64,000 nt of DNA from Felis catus (taxonomy: Eukaryota), in the NCBI RefSeq assembly GCF_018350175.1, contig NC_058368.1, forward strand, positions 102,302,001 through 102,366,000, in the 5' to 3' direction. Below the pieces are notes generated by a model. It searched no databases. It saw only the letters and a program-made list of their open reading frames with translations, and was not told the origin of the DNA. Position numbers and translations under genes: made by a program. Positions 1-12,079 of this stretch are shown in pieces (positions within the stretch are counted from its first letter, which is position 1; the number at the start of each line of letters is the position of its first letter).

Positions 1-649
1 GTGGGAAGGATGTTTTCTGAGCAATCCCTGATCTTTTTTTCTTCTTTTTTTTTTTCCTCCCCGTCTCTCTTTTTGGTTATCACTTAATGGTATTCATTAA
101 ACCCGATAACAGAAATTGCTTCTCTTTAAATTTCCTACTGGGTCTCGATTTAGTTGAGTTAGACTTTTCTTGAAACAATACATTAATGTCATGCCCAATT
201 GACTTCTGTTGTAAAAGAAATAAATCTCCCATGTGACTCTGTGGCTTGCATCTGGAAATGGTTAAAAAATACGCATTCTGTCAGCCCATTGTTTAGAGAA
301 CAAGGCAGGCCTGTGTCCCCCAAGCTCAGTGCCCCGTCACCGCTCTGTCCTCGGCCCTAGATGAACTTACAGGAGTCCTTGTTTCAGCTCAAAGCAGAAA
401 ATACCTGCTTAGAAGACAAGCATGGGTTTCCTTTCGTCATTAGCCCACACGTCACTGCTGTCTCGGTGACCCTGTAGAGCGATACGGCAGCTTCCCACAG
501 AGGCCAAGGCCGAGATCTTCTCCCCTCGAGATATTCAAACTGAAGAAGCAGGGGGCACCAATAAAATTATACCAAGCACTGATGTCACTTAACAGTGTGC
601 CTCATCTTCAAGCAATTGATAGAGAAAACAAATCTTTCTTCGCTCTCAG

Positions 650-1156
650 GATACCAAGCAGAATTTGTAGGTTTGTTAAGGAGAGCCACCCAGACGTGCG
701 ACATGGCATTCAACACTTACTCGGGCTGGGTGGCATGTTGTATGCAAAACGGAAGGGACGTGGGCTTGGAGAAAACATGTTAATAAATGCTACCACCGGT
801 CTTGGCCACATCTTGACCAGTGCAGCTCAAGTGGGATTGCCAAAAGGAAGCTTCTAGATGGAGTGCAAGTGTTACGGAACCTGGTCTGGATCACCCGGCG
901 TAAGAACCAAGCGGCCCTTGGAGATCTTGGAAGGCAGGAGGTGTATTTCACACCGGCGGGCTCAGAGGAGATCACTCTCCAGAGGTCTGAGTCCCCAGCA
1001 CAAGCACGGGGGGACAATTTATCGTCTGTTACTTCCGCATCCCACATTAGTAATAATGTGCCTCTCACAGCAAGCGGGGCAGGAAGAAGAACCCAGAAGG
1101 GGACTCTTCTGTTGGGGACTGGAATTTCCCTATCAGTCCTGTTGGCCATCCTATAA
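650..1156 (+). pseudogene. Terminal exon of a gene for a probable GPI-anchored surface protein (possible sushi/CCP domain end); apparently frameshifted near its 5' end
   Basis: Acceptor tctttcttcgctctcAG|G at 649/650. Frame open 680-1156: ...RAGWHVVCKTEGTWAWRKHVNKCYHRSWPHLDQC...S/T-rich stalk...TASGAGRRTQKGTLLLGTGISLSVLLAIL* (small omega-type residues, polar spacer, hydrophobic end). The phase-1 reading from the strong acceptor (GYQAEFVG) is out of frame with this ORF. A weak acceptor at 680/681 would give an intact frame. Candidate AATAAA at 2095-2100. Confidence 0.55.
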
Positions 1157-2469
1157 CAGATTTTTCCTTATCACAAGGGGCGTGTATGAGCCCTTACGAT
1201 GTGCAAACTCTTCCAAGCACTTGATACCCATATTACCTCCATTAATCTTCATAACTCTTATGAGCGTGGCTACTAGAGTTTCTCTTATTACGATCTCTAT
1301 TTTATAGATGAGTAACTCAGGCTTAGAGAGGACCAAGTCACCCATTTAGGATGTGAGAGGATCAGGATCTGAGTCCCGGTCTCTCGGTCTCTTGCAACTA
1401 ACACATACTTCAAGATGCCTTGACCACTTCAATCTGTTTTCAAGATGATCTGAGCACTGGGTGGTCTGGCATTAGTTTTGAGAAATACATTATTATTACT
1501 TTTCTACCACTTAACAATTCCAGCAGACAACAGCATCATTATCTGTGTTTCAGAGTTGCGAGAGAGAAAAAAAAAAAAAAAAAAACCCATGACACAAAAA
1601 GTTACTTTATCCTAAGAGCAAAGTAAAGTGGGAAGGGAAGCAACATCCGCAGAGTCTCTGATATATATACCTACACACAGACAACAAGCTTTCCAAGTGG
1701 GCATTTTTATCAGTATTTGACCTTAAATAGATAAGGAAACTAACGTCCAGAGAGGATAATGACTTGTTGATTTCATACAACTCGGAGGTAGGTGCCGGAC
1801 TCAAACCAGCATCCGGTTCCCCCCACATCTCATACTGAAACCTGGATTAGAACGAGAACCTCACATCCACAGAGTTTGATTGTGTGAATGAGTGAACAGA
1901 ACTGTGCCAAAGAAAATGCTTCAATTTAGAGACATCGCAACTTAAAGCTTCATACCGATAAAGTCTTCCCCCCAAAGGCCCGGAAGTAACCATTGTTCTC
2001 AACTCCTCGTGGGTGAAAAGCTGAGTAAATGTGTGGGGTTTCCCCATGTGGTGACTGGGGGTTTCGTGTAAACCATGACATATCTCTGCTGGATAATAAA
2101 GAACTTAAAACGAAATTACACTAGCAAACCAGGAAAGACTGTGATCAGACTTGGCAGTGAACTATGGTTCAACACCTTTCGCCGTGGGATTTCTCACTAT
2201 TGAAGGTCAGCCTGCCCTCTAACATCTCCCTGCCTCTTCAGCAATTTAAGCAAATCGGCAAGGGTGACAGAGTTCCTTCTTAGACCATTTTCTTTTTCCC
2301 TCTGTTATGAGAACACTTCCGGAGAACAAAGTCAGTGTCAGATGCAAAAATGATACAATGTGCAGTTTTGCAGAAACAAAAGGTATGCTGTGGAATACAT
2401 ATCAAGCAAACACCACAGCAAGCCAAGGAGCGTTGCATGAATACATGAGATGAATGAATAGTGAATAGC

Positions 2470-2586
2470 ATTTTGCATTTATAAGTTGCTTTTTTATCGA
2501 AGCTGTAAACAGTCACATGACCTTCAATACAGCCCTTAGGAATGTAGGCGAGCCAGCTTTGACAGCATTTCAAAAATACTGCAGTT
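2470..2586 (-). pseudogene. Pseudo-exon U (SUEL-like end; probably last exon, 3' boundary uncertain)
   Basis: ttttctgtctctctAG| acceptor; phase 0 NCSIFEMLSKLARLHS*, and a shifted frame KGCIEGHVTVYSFDKKATYKCK. Confidence 0.55.
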
Positions 2587-2668
2587 CTAGAGAGACAGAA
2601 AAGCGCTAACATTGATCAGTGTCCCGGGTAGAGTTGGCGAAAGTTTTACATAAGAAGAAATGAATTTC

Positions 2669-2877
2669 TTTTTTTTAATGTTTATTTATTTTTGAGACAC
2701 AGAGAGACAGAGCATGAACGGGGGAGGGTCAGAGAGAGGGAGACACAGAATGTGAAACAGGCTCCAGGCTCTGAGCTGTCAGCACAGAGCCCGACGCGGG
2801 GCTCGAACTCACAGACCTCGAGATCATGACCTGAGCCGAAGTCGGCCGCTTTACCGACTGAGCCACCCAGGCGCCCC
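2669..2877 (-). mobile_element. CAN-SINE (SINEC_Fc-type)
   Basis: tRNA-derived head, (CT)n, A-tail; TSD agaagaaatgaatttc. Confidence 0.95.
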
Positions 2878-3168
2878 AGAAGAAATGAATTTCAATCTGA
2901 ATGTCATATGTAAAAGTTGGTGCCACCTCTCCAAACTAGCTGTATCATCAAAATGGAGAACGGACTTAGTCACAAATCATACGCTTTTATCTTGCCGTCA
3001 GTTGCAAGTTGTAACATCAAGTCAGTATTCTCCACGTAAAGCTGACCATCACTGAGGAATCAAAACCCCAAATCTAGCACACCTAGGAGCAGGAACAAGA
3101 TTTTAACGTGTATACCTGAGCTACTCAGAGCTAACGATTTCACAAATGCCCTCGCTGTGAAAACTCAC

Positions 3169-3371
3169 CGCCGTCGTCATCTGAACACAGTCACCTCCAG
3201 TTTGGCAAGTAGGCAACATTTTAAATACATTATGCTGTGGTGGTCACAGAGATATCTGTCCTAGAGCCAACACAGCTGAAACTTGAATTCTTGAACCCGT
3301 GCGACATAAAAAGCTTCCAGCATTTGCAATTTCTGTCTTGTTCAAGTAAATTTTATTAGCATAGATGCCCT
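3169..3371 (-). pseudogene. Pseudo-exon T (SUEL/Gal_Lectin-like start)
   Basis: T-rich tract ctgccattttAG| acceptor, GCG|GTGAGT donor; 203 nt, phase 1->0; EGIYANKIYLNKTEIANAGSFLCRTGSRIQVSAVLALGQISL*PPQHNVFKMLPTCQTGGDCVQMTTA. Confidence 0.7.
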
Positions 3372-3716
3372 CTAAAATGGCAGAAAAAAAAAAAATGTTA
3401 CGGTGGCTGAACACCCTGTCTTGGATTAGCAAGACCGAATGGTTGACATCGTACCACTTAAGGAATAAAATGTCACATTTACTTTCTCATGCAATCTGCC
3501 TTTTTATTCATTTGCGCTAACCTAAGACCGCGTGCGAGAAAATATATTCACAAAGGACTTACATTAGCTCTTATTCAGAGAGCTGAGTGGAGCCAATTTC
3601 TAGGGCAGTGCTGCTTCCTCTTATAGAAAGCTCAATCTTATTTTAATTTTTAAAGAGTGGTCCTACTGGGCAGGAGGCTATTGAATCACCATTGTGTGTG
3701 TGTGTGAATTTCATGC

Positions 3717-3850
3717 CTTCAAAGATGCACACTAGAGAGTCTTGGGGACTGAAGTTTGTTTGTTTGCAGAACAAGTACTGCACCGACAGCAGTAAATGCA
3801 TCCCCTCTGGGTGCTCCAAGTACTTGCCCCACAACTCCCCTGCGCCTGAC
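3717..3850 (-). pseudogene. Pseudo-exon S (CTL end)
   Basis: ctctttcttctctgtggAG| acceptor, GAAG|GCATGA donor (GC or mutated GT); 134 nt, phase 2->1, open: SGAGELWGKYLEHPEGMHLLLSVQYLFCKQTNFSPQDSLVCIFE. Confidence 0.55.
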
Positions 3851-4166
3851 CTCCACAGAGAAGAAAGAGGGTCAACCCCTTGGGCATTGTCCTGATTCTC
3901 TAAAACTCAACATCCCGTTTGGAATGCAAAGCTACAAATTCCAATCCCTGGATGCCCACTCAAAAAGGCTTTTGAAATTCAACTTTGTTTCTCCGGATTG
4001 AGGCTTCCCTGCCTTTTATGATAGAGGTGATGGATAATGCTGACCTACAGAAATTAATTAGCATAATTCACTTGAAGGCTTATTGCTAACATCATTATAA
4101 TTCATTCCCATGGGAGTCCTTTGATTATTGCCTTTCTTGCCAATAAGAATTAAAATAGCTGGTTAC

Positions 4167-4446
4167 CAGTTGCCGATCATTAACCCGTTCCATCTTCAAC
4201 ATTGCACGGGGATGCCGTACGGAACACATCAGGACCGTGACACTCCCCCACCGTCTCTCTCTCCTCCTGCACGGAAGTGCGTTAAATAGTATCCATCAAC
4301 CCGACACCAAAGATCATACACAGGTCACAGAGGGAGTGTAGGCCAGATTTCCAACGAATGCTGAAGGCTATGGAATATCCAGGAGATACTTCCTTTATTA
4401 CCTCTGTAAGTATCTTAGGAGCGCTGCACACAACTGGGTAGGAACA
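4167..4446 (-). pseudogene. Pseudo-exon R (CTL end + next CTL start)
   Basis: gctttctcAG| acceptor, CTG|GTAACC donor; CSYPVVCSAPKILTEVIKEVSPGYSIAFSIRWKSGLHSLCDLCMIFGVGLMDTI*RTSVQEERE...; the 3' end TGGAACGGGTTAATGATCGG is one base from W-N-G-L-N-D-R (WIGLND-like). Confidence 0.7.
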
Positions 4447-5082
4447 CTGAGAAAGCCGCCAAATCCAAAACACCCTCAACACGACGGCAGGTGGGTTGTA
4501 TGGCACACAGCCTGCTTACAGCAGGTCGTTTACAAACAGCTGAATTGATTAATTATTTATTTAGTCAATCAGTCTGACTCCCAAACACACCTCTTCCCAG
4601 CGGGCCCAGCTTCTGAGTCGCCCTGGAGCTGGTTCTTTATACAAAGTGTATTTCCTACGCTCTTGCCGACGTCATTGCAATTTTTCCAAAGTAGGTCATG
4701 ATCACAACTTACGAAGCTATATTGTTATAGGCTCCACACCATTTGTACATGTGAGAAAGCTCTCTGTGCCTGTTGTGAACGAGAGCCAGAAGGGTGATTT
4801 CCTGATTTAAACTGGATTCACTGACTCCACACACGCAGGAACAGCAAAGGAGAAAAGGTGAATTAACGTAGTTTTGAAAATTGGAAAAAATAACACTTGT
4901 TGGAGGGATAAACCCTTAATAAGGAGTTACTATCTGGGGGTTATGTATTTGTCTTGACTCTAGTGGGCCCAGTTAGATCACTGGTGTTCCCAATGCTTTC
5001 TTCAGCTCAGTGTTTCTCTAGAACCAGACAGGGTAGAATCCATCCTCAAAGACTTGACCAAAGTCCTTTATTTTGCTTTTCT

Positions 5083-5318
5083 TCTTTTTTTTTTTTTTTT
5101 AATTTTTTTTTTCAACGTTTTTATTTATTTTTGGGACAGAGAGAGACAGAGCATGAACGGGGGAGGGGCAGAGAGAGAGGGAGACACAGAATCGGAAACA
5201 GGCTCCAGGCTCTGAGCCATCAGCCCAGAGCCTGACGCGGGGCTCGAACTCCCGGACCGCGAGATCGTGACCTGAGCCGAAGTCGGCCGCTTAACCGACT
5301 AAGCCACCCAGGCGCCTC
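5083..5318 (-). mobile_element. CAN-SINE (SINEC_Fc-type)
   Basis: Consensus-like body; TSD tattttgcttttct. Confidence 0.95.
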
Positions 5319-5750
5319 TATTTTGCTTTTCTTGAAGAGAGTTCTCTAAGTTTATGTACACCTCCCCTCAAGTATACATGTCATGGCTGGACTTTCATGA
5401 AGACATTTTTACTGTGTCTTTAATTGCACGGATCTTTCCCGCACAGGAAATCTGGGACAACCACCTTTAGGAGGACTCTCCAATTTGTGCACAACCACTA
5501 TGCGTCAATTGTAATAAATTCAAATGACCTAATGAAAGATGAATTGGGAAAAATGACACCAAAGCCTGTTTCTGGAAAAACCAAATTATCCTTCACTTCT
5601 ATAAATATCTGTATGTTTACTACCCCACCATCTAATAGTTACAGAGTCACAGAGAATTACCTTACAGGGGGAAAAAAAATCAAGGACTGTCCTTGCAGAA
5701 ATTGCAAAAGATTGAGACTTATGTGAAGTCTTCTTCTAAAATTGCAGTTA

Positions 5751-5872
5751 GGGGCCACCTGGGGCCACCTCAGTCAGTAAAGCATGCAAATCTTGATCTC
5801 GGGGTTGTGCATTCAAGCCCCATGTTGGGGGCAGAGATTACTTAAAAATAAAACCTTTAGTTAAAAAAAAAA
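5751..5872 (+). mobile_element. Short older CAN-SINE
   Basis: gggg...tcagtcagtaaagcat...cttgatctcggggttgtg...agagattacttaaaaataaa. Confidence 0.8.
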
Positions 5873-5973
5873 CACTGTACTTAGTTATAAACTAAAACAA
5901 AACAAAAAAGAAATACCCTTATTATTATTGTTATTATTACTATTATTACTACGTGCTAGATGTAAAATACTTA

Positions 5974-6185
5974 ATTTTTTTAAGGTTTATTTGTTTTTGA
6001 GAGAAAGAGAGTGTGAGCATGAGCAAGGGAGGAGCAGAGAGAGAGGGAGACAGAGGATCCGAAGCAGGGTCTATGCTGACGGCACACAGCCCGACGTGAG
6101 GGTCCATGCAGGGCTCTCACGAATCATGAGATCATGACCTGAGCCGAAGTTGGATGATCAACCGACTGAGCCACCCAGGCACACC
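5974..6185 (-). mobile_element. CAN-SINE
   Basis: Reverse-complement SINE body ending ccacccaggcac. Confidence 0.9.
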
Positions 6186-6419
6186 GCTAAATCTAAAAGC
6201 AAGGCTTGAGTATGTTGTGAAATCACTAGCCTTGGCACCTGGAAACCAGCATTCCAGTCCCGACTCCATCGTTGAGCAGACCCGTGTCTCTAGATTCCTC
6301 ATTCGAATGAGAATTAGTGGCCCACAAATAAAAACCAGAAAGATGAATAAAAGCCTAAGCTACATTCAGTGGCTGGAGAAATCTCCACATCGCAACGTTC
6401 TTTCACTTTTTTATTTTCA

Positions 6420-6644
6420 TTTTTATCTTTTTAATTTTTTTTAATGTTTATTTATTTTTGAGAGAGACAGAGACAGAATGCGAGTGGGTTGGGGCAGAGA
6501 GAGAGGGAGGCACAGAATCCGAAGCAGGCTCCAGGCTCCGAGCTGTCAGCACAGAGCCCAACACGGGGCTCGAACCCACGAGCTGTGAGATCATGACCTG
6601 AGCCGAAGTCGGACGCTCAACCGACTGAACCACCCAGGCGCCCC
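6420..6644 (-). mobile_element. CAN-SINE
   Basis: Consensus-like body. Confidence 0.93.
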
Positions 6645-7564
6645 TCACATTTTAAAATAAAGTCAAAGTGTGCTCCAAAACTCCTGGCATAAAAGAACTG
6701 ACTTTGCGTCTCTGAGTTAGTCATGGCCAGGTACGTACAATTTTACCCCCTCACGTGGAAATCCATCAACCATTTGGTTCTTGTGTGTTCGTTACTCTTA
6801 TCAGTTCAGAGCAAAGCAAGAATGACAGTGGAAGAAAACGTGCCCAGCCACATGCTCAGCCCAAGGGAAGCCTCTGAACTACAGCCAGAGCCTGCATGCG
6901 GTCAAGAGGAAGCCGCTGGTGTGGGAAGGCACCTAGCACGCCTGTAAGGTTCAGAGGAAGAAAAAGACCACTTCCCCACCCATGAAAACCTAGGGTCTGC
7001 AGAGCCCGGCCTGGTCCTTCCTCTTGCCTTGTGGGGCGCTGGGTGCTGTTTGGAGGGGACCTCCAGAGCCCATCGGACCTGCGGGCACTTGCCAGGTTCT
7101 GCCCTCCTGGCTCCTGCTATTGGTTAAGGGCCATGGACAGGTGCAGACCCCAAATCCGCCCCTTATATCATTTCTTGGCTCATTTTTCTTATCTGTCAAA
7201 TGAGGACATTAGTATTTGCTTCACAGAAGTCTGTATGAGGAATTTTTTTTAAATTATATATGCAAGGCACATTTATACAACTCAGCTATGTAGTGCTCGA
7301 CAGAGATAGCTGCTATGAATAAAATAAGGCAAAGATTAAGTGAGGATTTAGTAAATAGAGACTAAATCAATTGTTGCATTGGTTTAAGACATGGAAAAAC
7401 TCCTTCCTGAGTACGTGATGAATTCCACTTTCCAGGATCGAACTAAGCTTTTGACTGATAAAGTTTCTGTGAATATATTGAAATGATAATAAGTAGAAAA
7501 CTGACTTTTTTACTAAGTATAAGCAAAGCACTTTTAGGCAACTTAGCTTAAAAAAAAAAAAAGA

Positions 7565-7768
7565 GGGGCGCCTGGGCGGCTCAGTTGGTTGAACCTCCAA
7601 CTTCGGCTCAGGTCATGACCTCGCACTTCATGAGTTCAAGTGCCATATTGGGCTCGCTGCTGACAGCTTGGAGACTGAAGCCTGCTTCGGATTCTGTGTC
7701 TTCCTCTCTCTCTCTGCCCCTCCTCTGCTTGTGCTCTCTCAAAAATAAATTAATAAACATTAAAAAGA
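7565..7768 (+). mobile_element. CAN-SINE
   Basis: ggggcgcctggg head, (CT)n, A-tail. Confidence 0.92.
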
Positions 7769-7872
7769 AAGAAGAAGAAGAAGAAGAAGAAGGAGAAGGA
7801 GAAGGAGAAGGAGAAGGAGAAGGAGAAGAAAAAGAGAAGAAAGAAGAAGAAGAGGAAGAAAACAGGAAGAAA
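7766..7872 (+). repeat. (GAA)n/(GGAGAA)n purine microsatellite derived from a SINE tail
   Basis: Direct reading. Confidence 0.9.
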
Positions 7873-8454
7873 AGTAGCATGCTTCCTCCCCATCTGGTTT
7901 GTTTTACTAGGAAAATAGTTGTACGCATCACAGATACAACTACTAAGATCTTCGGTTTCACAGAAACCTAGTTTATTGAGTTGTGAGTTTCAAAGGGCCC
8001 GAGTAAAACTGCGCTGTGCCTCTAATATACTTTGCATCTCGTTTAGACAAAACTATAAACAAATTAAAATCTCACATAAAACAGATTATGCAATCACTAG
8101 GATGGGAAAGGAGTTAGACAGTAGGTGGTATTATTACATTAGAAGTTAAGACCATGGGTCTTGAAGTCGGTCCATCCTACCTGAGCGAGCTTGAAATGAT
8201 CTGGACTCCAATTTACTGGTCTATGAGATGGGATGATAAAGAGTATCTACCTCCAAGAGGTGTTAGACGGATTAAATGAGACTGTACGTGAAGCGTGCCT
8301 GAAGCTTCTTGGAATCCCTGTAACCAGAGTGGTGCTCCAACTGGATGCTTTATGATAAAAGGAGGCAGTTGCCAAAGGGTCCCTGATGGCCTTCAAGACT
8401 CTAACTGAATTCATTACCCATTGCTGCCTGAAAGAATGCCTTAAAACCTACTGG

Positions 8455-8905
8455 CTCAAAATAATAATCAGATACTAACTCACAGTTCTGGCCCGTAAAG
8501 AATCCGGGGGTGATTGAACTGGGTGGCTTTAGCTTGAGATGTTTCATGAGGGTTCGGGTAAGAGCAGCCAAGGCTGAGGTCATCCCAAGCACGTACTGAC
8601 CCTAGCAGATCTGCCTCCAAGACAACTCCGTGACCGGCTGGCAAGCTGGCCCTGGGGGGTGGCCGGAGACCTCAGTTCCCTGCTACGCTCGCGTCCCTAT
8701 GGCGTGTCTGAGTGTTGGGCTTTCCTCGGAACACGTGATCCTAAAGAAAGCAAGCAAAAGTGCCAATGCCTTTTATGACCTAGTCTCCTAAGTCACACAC
8801 GGTCATAGCACCAAGCGTGCTGGGCATGGGGTACAGTCTGGCTACATTGTGGGCAGGGTCGACGCAAGAGCAAAGGAGGCCAGGAGTGGGATCATTGAGG
8901 GCTGA
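8455..8905. mobile_element. MLT1-like (ERVL-MaLR) LTR remnant
   Basis: actcacagttctgg...; ttttatgacctagtctcctaagtcacac motifs typical of MLT1. Confidence 0.6.
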
Positions 8906-9123
8906 GCATGAGACGAGCACTTTTGTGGAACTGAATCCAAATTCCTCTTTTTGAGGAATTTGTAACCCCTTCCAATACAAAGAAGGACTAAACGCGCTTG
9001 AAATTCCTCACACTGAAGCACAAGATTTCCCTGATGATGCACTTGTATCAGGAGGATATATTGTACGGAAGGCATGTATCTTTGAAACTACTAAAATCTC
9101 ACATAGGGTGGTAAGATGCTCAC

Positions 9124-9191
9124 AGCGCAGGAGACCCTCGGGAACTGAGTTTTCATCCCCCCCATCTCCAGTCTTGCTGGCATGGTCCCTC
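9124..9191 (-). pseudogene. Pseudo-exon Q
   Basis: tgcccttccctgccAG| acceptor, GCT|GTGAGC donor; 68 nt, phase 1->0, open: GGTMPARLEMGGMKTQFPRVSCA; joins exon R as SCA|CSYPVVC (CTL C-terminal pattern). Confidence 0.55.
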
Positions 9192-9324
9192 CTGGCAGGG
9201 AAGGGCAGGCGAGATGATTCACACAACGTAAAACATTTCCCCTTCTCTGTCCATTCACACCGGCCAGCCTGTTTAAAGCTGTATGGGATACCAAAGGGTA
9301 TCCACATCCTCTTTGTGGATTAAG

Positions 9325-9520
9325 TTTGTTTATTTATTTTGACGGGGGAGCCTGAGCAGGGGGAGGGGCAGAGAGAGAGGGAGACAGAGAAAGAATCCCA
9401 AGCAGCCTCCACACTGTCAGGGTGAAGTCTGATGCGGGTCTCAAACCCACGAACCAAGAGATCGTGACCCGAACCGAAATCAACTCAGCTACTTAACCGA
9501 GTGAGCCACCCAGGGGCCCC
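9325..9520 (-). mobile_element. CAN-SINE
   Basis: Diverged SINE body. Confidence 0.88.
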
Positions 9521-9804
9521 AGTAATTCATTCTTAAAGGCCAATCCAGCCACAGAACACAGACCTTTTGCCAATAGATTTCCATTCCGCCTCTACTAAAA
9601 AATATAGGAACGGGACAACTAAGCACATTAATTTGATCATAACCATTTGGGAACTTCCAAATGCAGCAAGAGAAGCCAATGAATTATCGGACAAATTTTT
9701 GACCCTCTGATGAGACTCCTTGCAGGGACATCTCCCCCAGGAAGGGGGAGAAGCCAGGGAATTCATCCTTCAGGGCAACTCAAGGAAGGAATTAAATATA
9801 ACTT

Positions 9805-9884
9805 TTTAAATATCCACCCTATTGAGGTATCATTCAGCTGTAATAAATTTCATCCATTTTAAGTATAGAGTTTGATGAGTTTTG

Positions 9885-9924
<40 letters not shown>

Positions 9925-10440
9925 CTATGACCACCATAATCAAGACTGAAGACACATCTCTTTTACCCCCAAAATGTACCCTTAATCGCAGTCCACTCCA
10001 TCTTTCCCCCAACCTCACACCCGGACAACAAGCCATCCTGCTTTCTGTCACTTTACGTGAGTTTGCATCTTCTAGAATTTCACATAAATGCTGTCATTCA
10101 GTATTTACTCTTTTATATTTGGCTTCTTTCACTCAGCCTAATGCACTCGGGTTTCATCCATGTTGCTGGGTACATCAGTAGCTCATTCCTTTTCATTGCC
10201 AAGTACTATTCCACTGTCTGGGTGTACCATGCTTTCTTTTGCCCATCTACATGTTGTTTCCCACTTGGAGCTATTGTGTATAACATTGGTATGAACATTC
10301 ACATGTGAGGAATATACTTCCATTTCTGTTGATTAAATGTAGTACATGCATGTTTGGTGTTTAAAGCACTGCCGAAATTATTTCCAAAGTACTTCTGCAA
10401 TCTTACGCTCTCACTGGCAGGGAATGAGGATTTCATATCC
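9805..10440 (-). mobile_element. Old L1 (L1M-type) 3' fragment containing a (CA)n at about 9885-9921
   Basis: tggcttctttcactcagc, catccatgttgc, attccactgt motifs of the L1M 3' end, antisense. Confidence 0.8.
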
Positions 10441-10537
10441 ATTGTAAGTTTTTGACACTCTTGGAGAACTACTGGTTTTGCCAGTATTCAACCAAGAAAG
10501 TCGCCATGGGTAAGAACAATGGCACTATCAGAAATGT

Positions 10538-10755
10538 TCTTTTTAATAGTTATTTATTTTCGAAAGAGAGAGAGAGAAAGCACATGCATGAGTAGGGGAG
10601 GGGCAGGGAGAGAGGGAGGCAGAGAATCCTAAGCAGGCTCCAGGCTCTGAACCATCACCACAGAGCCCAATGCAGGGCTGGAACCCAGCAACCTCTAGCC
10701 CATGACCTGAGCCCAAGTCAGATGCTTCATTGACTGAGCCACTCAGGTGCACCTA
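10538..10755 (-). mobile_element. CAN-SINE
   Basis: SINE body; TSD-like gcactatcagaaat. Confidence 0.9.
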
Positions 10756-11447
10756 GCACTATCAGAAATTCTAAGATACACTAGCTTCATTTCTTGGGTT
10801 TTGAAGACAGCCATCTATCCCAACATGACACTTGCAGCTACATCTGCAGCCTTAAGGACACGGGCAGCACAGACAGGGTCAGAGATGAATTTCACTGGGC
10901 AGTCAAGGCCCCTCAGGTCAAGACCTTCCAGGAAAGGAAGGAGTATTAAGGAAAGATTATGAGACTGACACAAAGATCTAAACAAAGCTAAACTGAGTGA
11001 AACCCAGTCCTGTCCCTCTTTCTCTAGCTGATGGTGGGGGGTTTCATTGAGCCGCTGTGCTTCATGGCTCCCTAGGACAACCTCCTAAGGAGGATTAAAC
11101 AGCATAGCTTAAAATGCTTTGCCATCCTGGTCAGTTGGCCTGACATACACGAAAGGAACACAGCATATCCATTCCCTCCAGCTCTTAACTCATCTACAAG
11201 TTACAACCATGACAGTGGCCTTAATGGAAGAAAAGCTAATGGCACCAGAGCGCTGAAAGCAACGTAAAATATACTCCTGCCCTATTTCCAACCCAAGGGT
11301 TTGAAATCACCTGCAAATAAGTTCATTGGAGCCTGATAACTCTCCCAGGGGCAGCTGTAAGTGGGCAGCATTAGCCAGAGGATGTTGAGGGACTCATTTC
11401 ACTTCCTGAGCAGCTGTTTCTATATGTGTTAAAAGTGATCAAAGATA

Positions 11448-11680
11448 GGGGCACCTGGGTGGCTCAGTCCGTTGAGCATCTGGGTCTTGGTCTCCACTCA
11501 GGTCATGATCTCGCAGTAAGTGGGATTGAGCTTCGTGTCAGGCCCCATGCTACGTGTGGATTCAGCTTAAGATTCTCCTTCCCTTTCCCTCTCCCACTCC
11601 CTCTCCCTCTCTGCCCCTCTTTCCTGCTTGCACTCTCTCTCTGTCTACAAAACAAACAAACAAAAACAAAAACAAAACAC
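11448..11680 (+). mobile_element. CAN-SINE
   Basis: ggggcacctgggtggctcag head, CT tract, (CAAAAA)n tail. Confidence 0.88.
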
Positions 11681-11739
11681 AAGTGAGCCATGATAATGCA
11701 AGCCTGTTCGTGAAGAAGGAAAGACTCTAGGTTTAGACT

Positions 11740-11940
11740 GGTAAGGACTTGTGTCAAAGTCCTGGCTCAACCCTACTGATGCCGTAGCAAAGGCCAAGTC
11801 CCTTCATCTCTCTCAGCCTCAGTTTCCTCCTGCAGCAAACAGCAGAAGCGAGGTCTGCTTTGCAAATTGGTTGTGAAGACGAGCGAAAATGTATATAAAC
11901 CAACCGGCAAAGTGCAAGGACGTAGCAGCGGTTCACAAAT
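11740..11940 (+). mobile_element. MIR
   Basis: ctcagcctcagtttcctcctgc core; gtgaagacgagcgaaaatgtatataaa. Confidence 0.7.
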
Positions 11941-12079
11941 TGTGGCTAGGACTGCTCACAGGCTTTTTCTAAGCATGAAATAATGCATTGTGCCCCACCT
12001 GCAAGGAAAGATATTTGGGGAATAATGTAGAGTTGGGATCTGCACATGTGAGCAACAACTCTCAGTAGGTAAGTTTGCC

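Noticed and set aside
858..900. MECKCYGTWSGS resembles the WNT motif ECKCHGVSGS
   Set aside because: No other WNT cysteine pattern; it is an alternative frame of the GPI-signal exon.
7585..7971. Glu-rich ORF
   Set aside because: SINE plus (GAA)/(GGAGAA) microsatellite.
8910..9123. Coding-looking continuation downstream of exon Q (RTIYPPDTS...SLYWKGLQIPQK)
   Set aside because: The phase-compatible donor at 9124 explains the junction with exon R better; cannot be supported without an orthologue.
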